A stretch of DNA of 62,943 nt, counting the filler, from Octopus bimaculoides (Eukaryota): the NCBI RefSeq assembly GCF_001194135.2. It is 7 parts of 6 records of this genome, joined end to end, with 100 filler letters (N's around TTAATTAATTAA, not from the genome) between each part and the next. Parts side by side here need not be neighbours in the genome. Positions count along the whole stretch, not along the records: positions 58,136 to 62,943 come from NC_068987.1; 6 more parts are not named here. One strand, written 5' to 3'. A model generated the notes under the pieces. The model did no database searches. It was not told where the DNA came from and saw only the letters and a program-made list of their open reading frames with translations. The position numbers and the translations under genes are program-made. Positions 61,749-62,943 of the stretch are shown here, one piece after another. Each line of letters starts with the position of its first letter. Positions within the stretch are counted from its first letter, which is position 1.

Positions 61749-62943
61749 AAAAAAAAAAAACCCCAGAAAAAGCAAGCACGGAAAAGATCGAGAAATGCTT
61801 GAGATCTGTATGGCCATATAAAGATTGTGTAACTTGGTGGCACAAATTTGCCCATGTGCAAGTTATTTTTCAAACTGAAGAGTTAGCGAAACGATTCTCA
61901 ACGCTAACTCTTAAGACAGAAGAGTTAACAATGATACCGAGTTACCTTGGTCAGAGGGTAACAAGGGTTATCATAAAAAATATTCCTCCCACAGTAGACA
62001 CACTATGGATAACATCAGCTGTATGTGTCGATATGGAGGAAGTTGACATGTTACAAATTAATGTTTCTGAAAAGCAACAGTGGGTGGGTAAAAAAATGGA
62101 GACCCTTCTCCATATTACCCAGGAATCACTAAATAAAATACCCACCTACATAAAGTTACCATCAACGCAAAGGCTGTATGTAGTGGTGGAAGGCAGACGA
62201 CCACGCTGTTACATATGTGGCAGTGAAGCTCATTTCCAAAAGGATTGCAATTCTGCCGCGAAACAACAGCAACAACAACAACAACAGCCACGGGAAAACC
62301 AAAAACCCCAAACACCAGCATTATTACCCACACCACTGTATGCACAACTGATCAAGCAGCTATATGCGAAAACGAAAGAACGGCAACAACGAACAAACCA
62401 ACCCAACCAAACAACACCACCACCTGAGCCAAAAACAGAAACAACACCACCAACAACTAAAGACAGACCAACACCAACACCAAGAACAACATCCAAGAAG
62501 ACAACCACTGAGAACGAAGAAAAGACCAATACTACTCCCAATTCCCCAACAACGCACACACCACACACCACAACACACCATCGACAAACACACAAATAGA
62601 ACCCAATGCTTTGCCTTTACCACCTTCTGATTCGTCAGACATTTCGTCTAACGATGAAAGTTCTACAGAATGGCAAATAGCCACAGGAGGTAAAAGGAAA
62701 AGATCAAAAACAACCCCAAAATTAAATGCATGCAAAGCAGGGAAATATGTAACCGCTGAAAGCCCCTTGCACAAACAAACCAGCACCAACATCACAAAAA
62801 CACACACAATGCTATCAGCGATAGACACAAAAAACACAAGACTAATGGACTACATCATATCTCAAACAAACATTTCTGAAGATGATTATAAGCTTAACAA
62901 TCATCCACGCACTACAACACCGAAACACATCAAAATAGTTCAC
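61749..62943 (+). mobile_element. Gag-like ORF1 of a non-LTR retrotransposon (RRM-like region plus CCHC zinc knuckle), one frameshift near 62590, runs off the window
   Basis: RVTRVIIKNIPP...LYVVVEGRRPRCYICGSEAHFQKDC (Cx2Cx4Hx4C), Pro/Thr-rich linker, then an open frame with EWQIATGGKRKRSK. Confidence 0.85.

Overview
AT-rich, microsatellite- and transposon-dense eukaryotic DNA, about 12% N by my rough count. The tRNA-derived SINE families and microsatellite load point to an octopus genome (inference). Six identical 100-bp spacers (44 N + TTAATTAATTAA + 44 N) show the window is seven joined scaffold pieces, so adjacency across them is uncertain. I could not confidently identify any host protein-coding gene, rRNA or true tRNA; most listed ORFs are translated microsatellites or gaps. 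Recognisable content: decayed non-LTR retrotransposons (several R4/Dong-like RT and restriction-like endonuclease (RLE) fragments, an RTE 3' end, a CR1/L2-type RT C-terminus, a fairly intact gag-like ORF1), a Penelope-like (PLE) RT, a Tc1 5' end, MITEs and at least five SINE-like families. The best candidate for an undescribed system is at 25636-26220: a head-to-head palindromic dimer of a non-coding unit joining a tRNA-type Pol III promoter head, a (TAA)n spacer and a minimal type-I hammerhead ribozyme. A second, unrelated hammerhead with the same variant core lies at 38507-38541, and a PLE RT remnant lies at 20.3-21.3 kb. A second notable pattern is an R4/Dong-like family whose three copies all have (ATAC)n repeats on both sides, suggesting microsatellite-targeted insertion.
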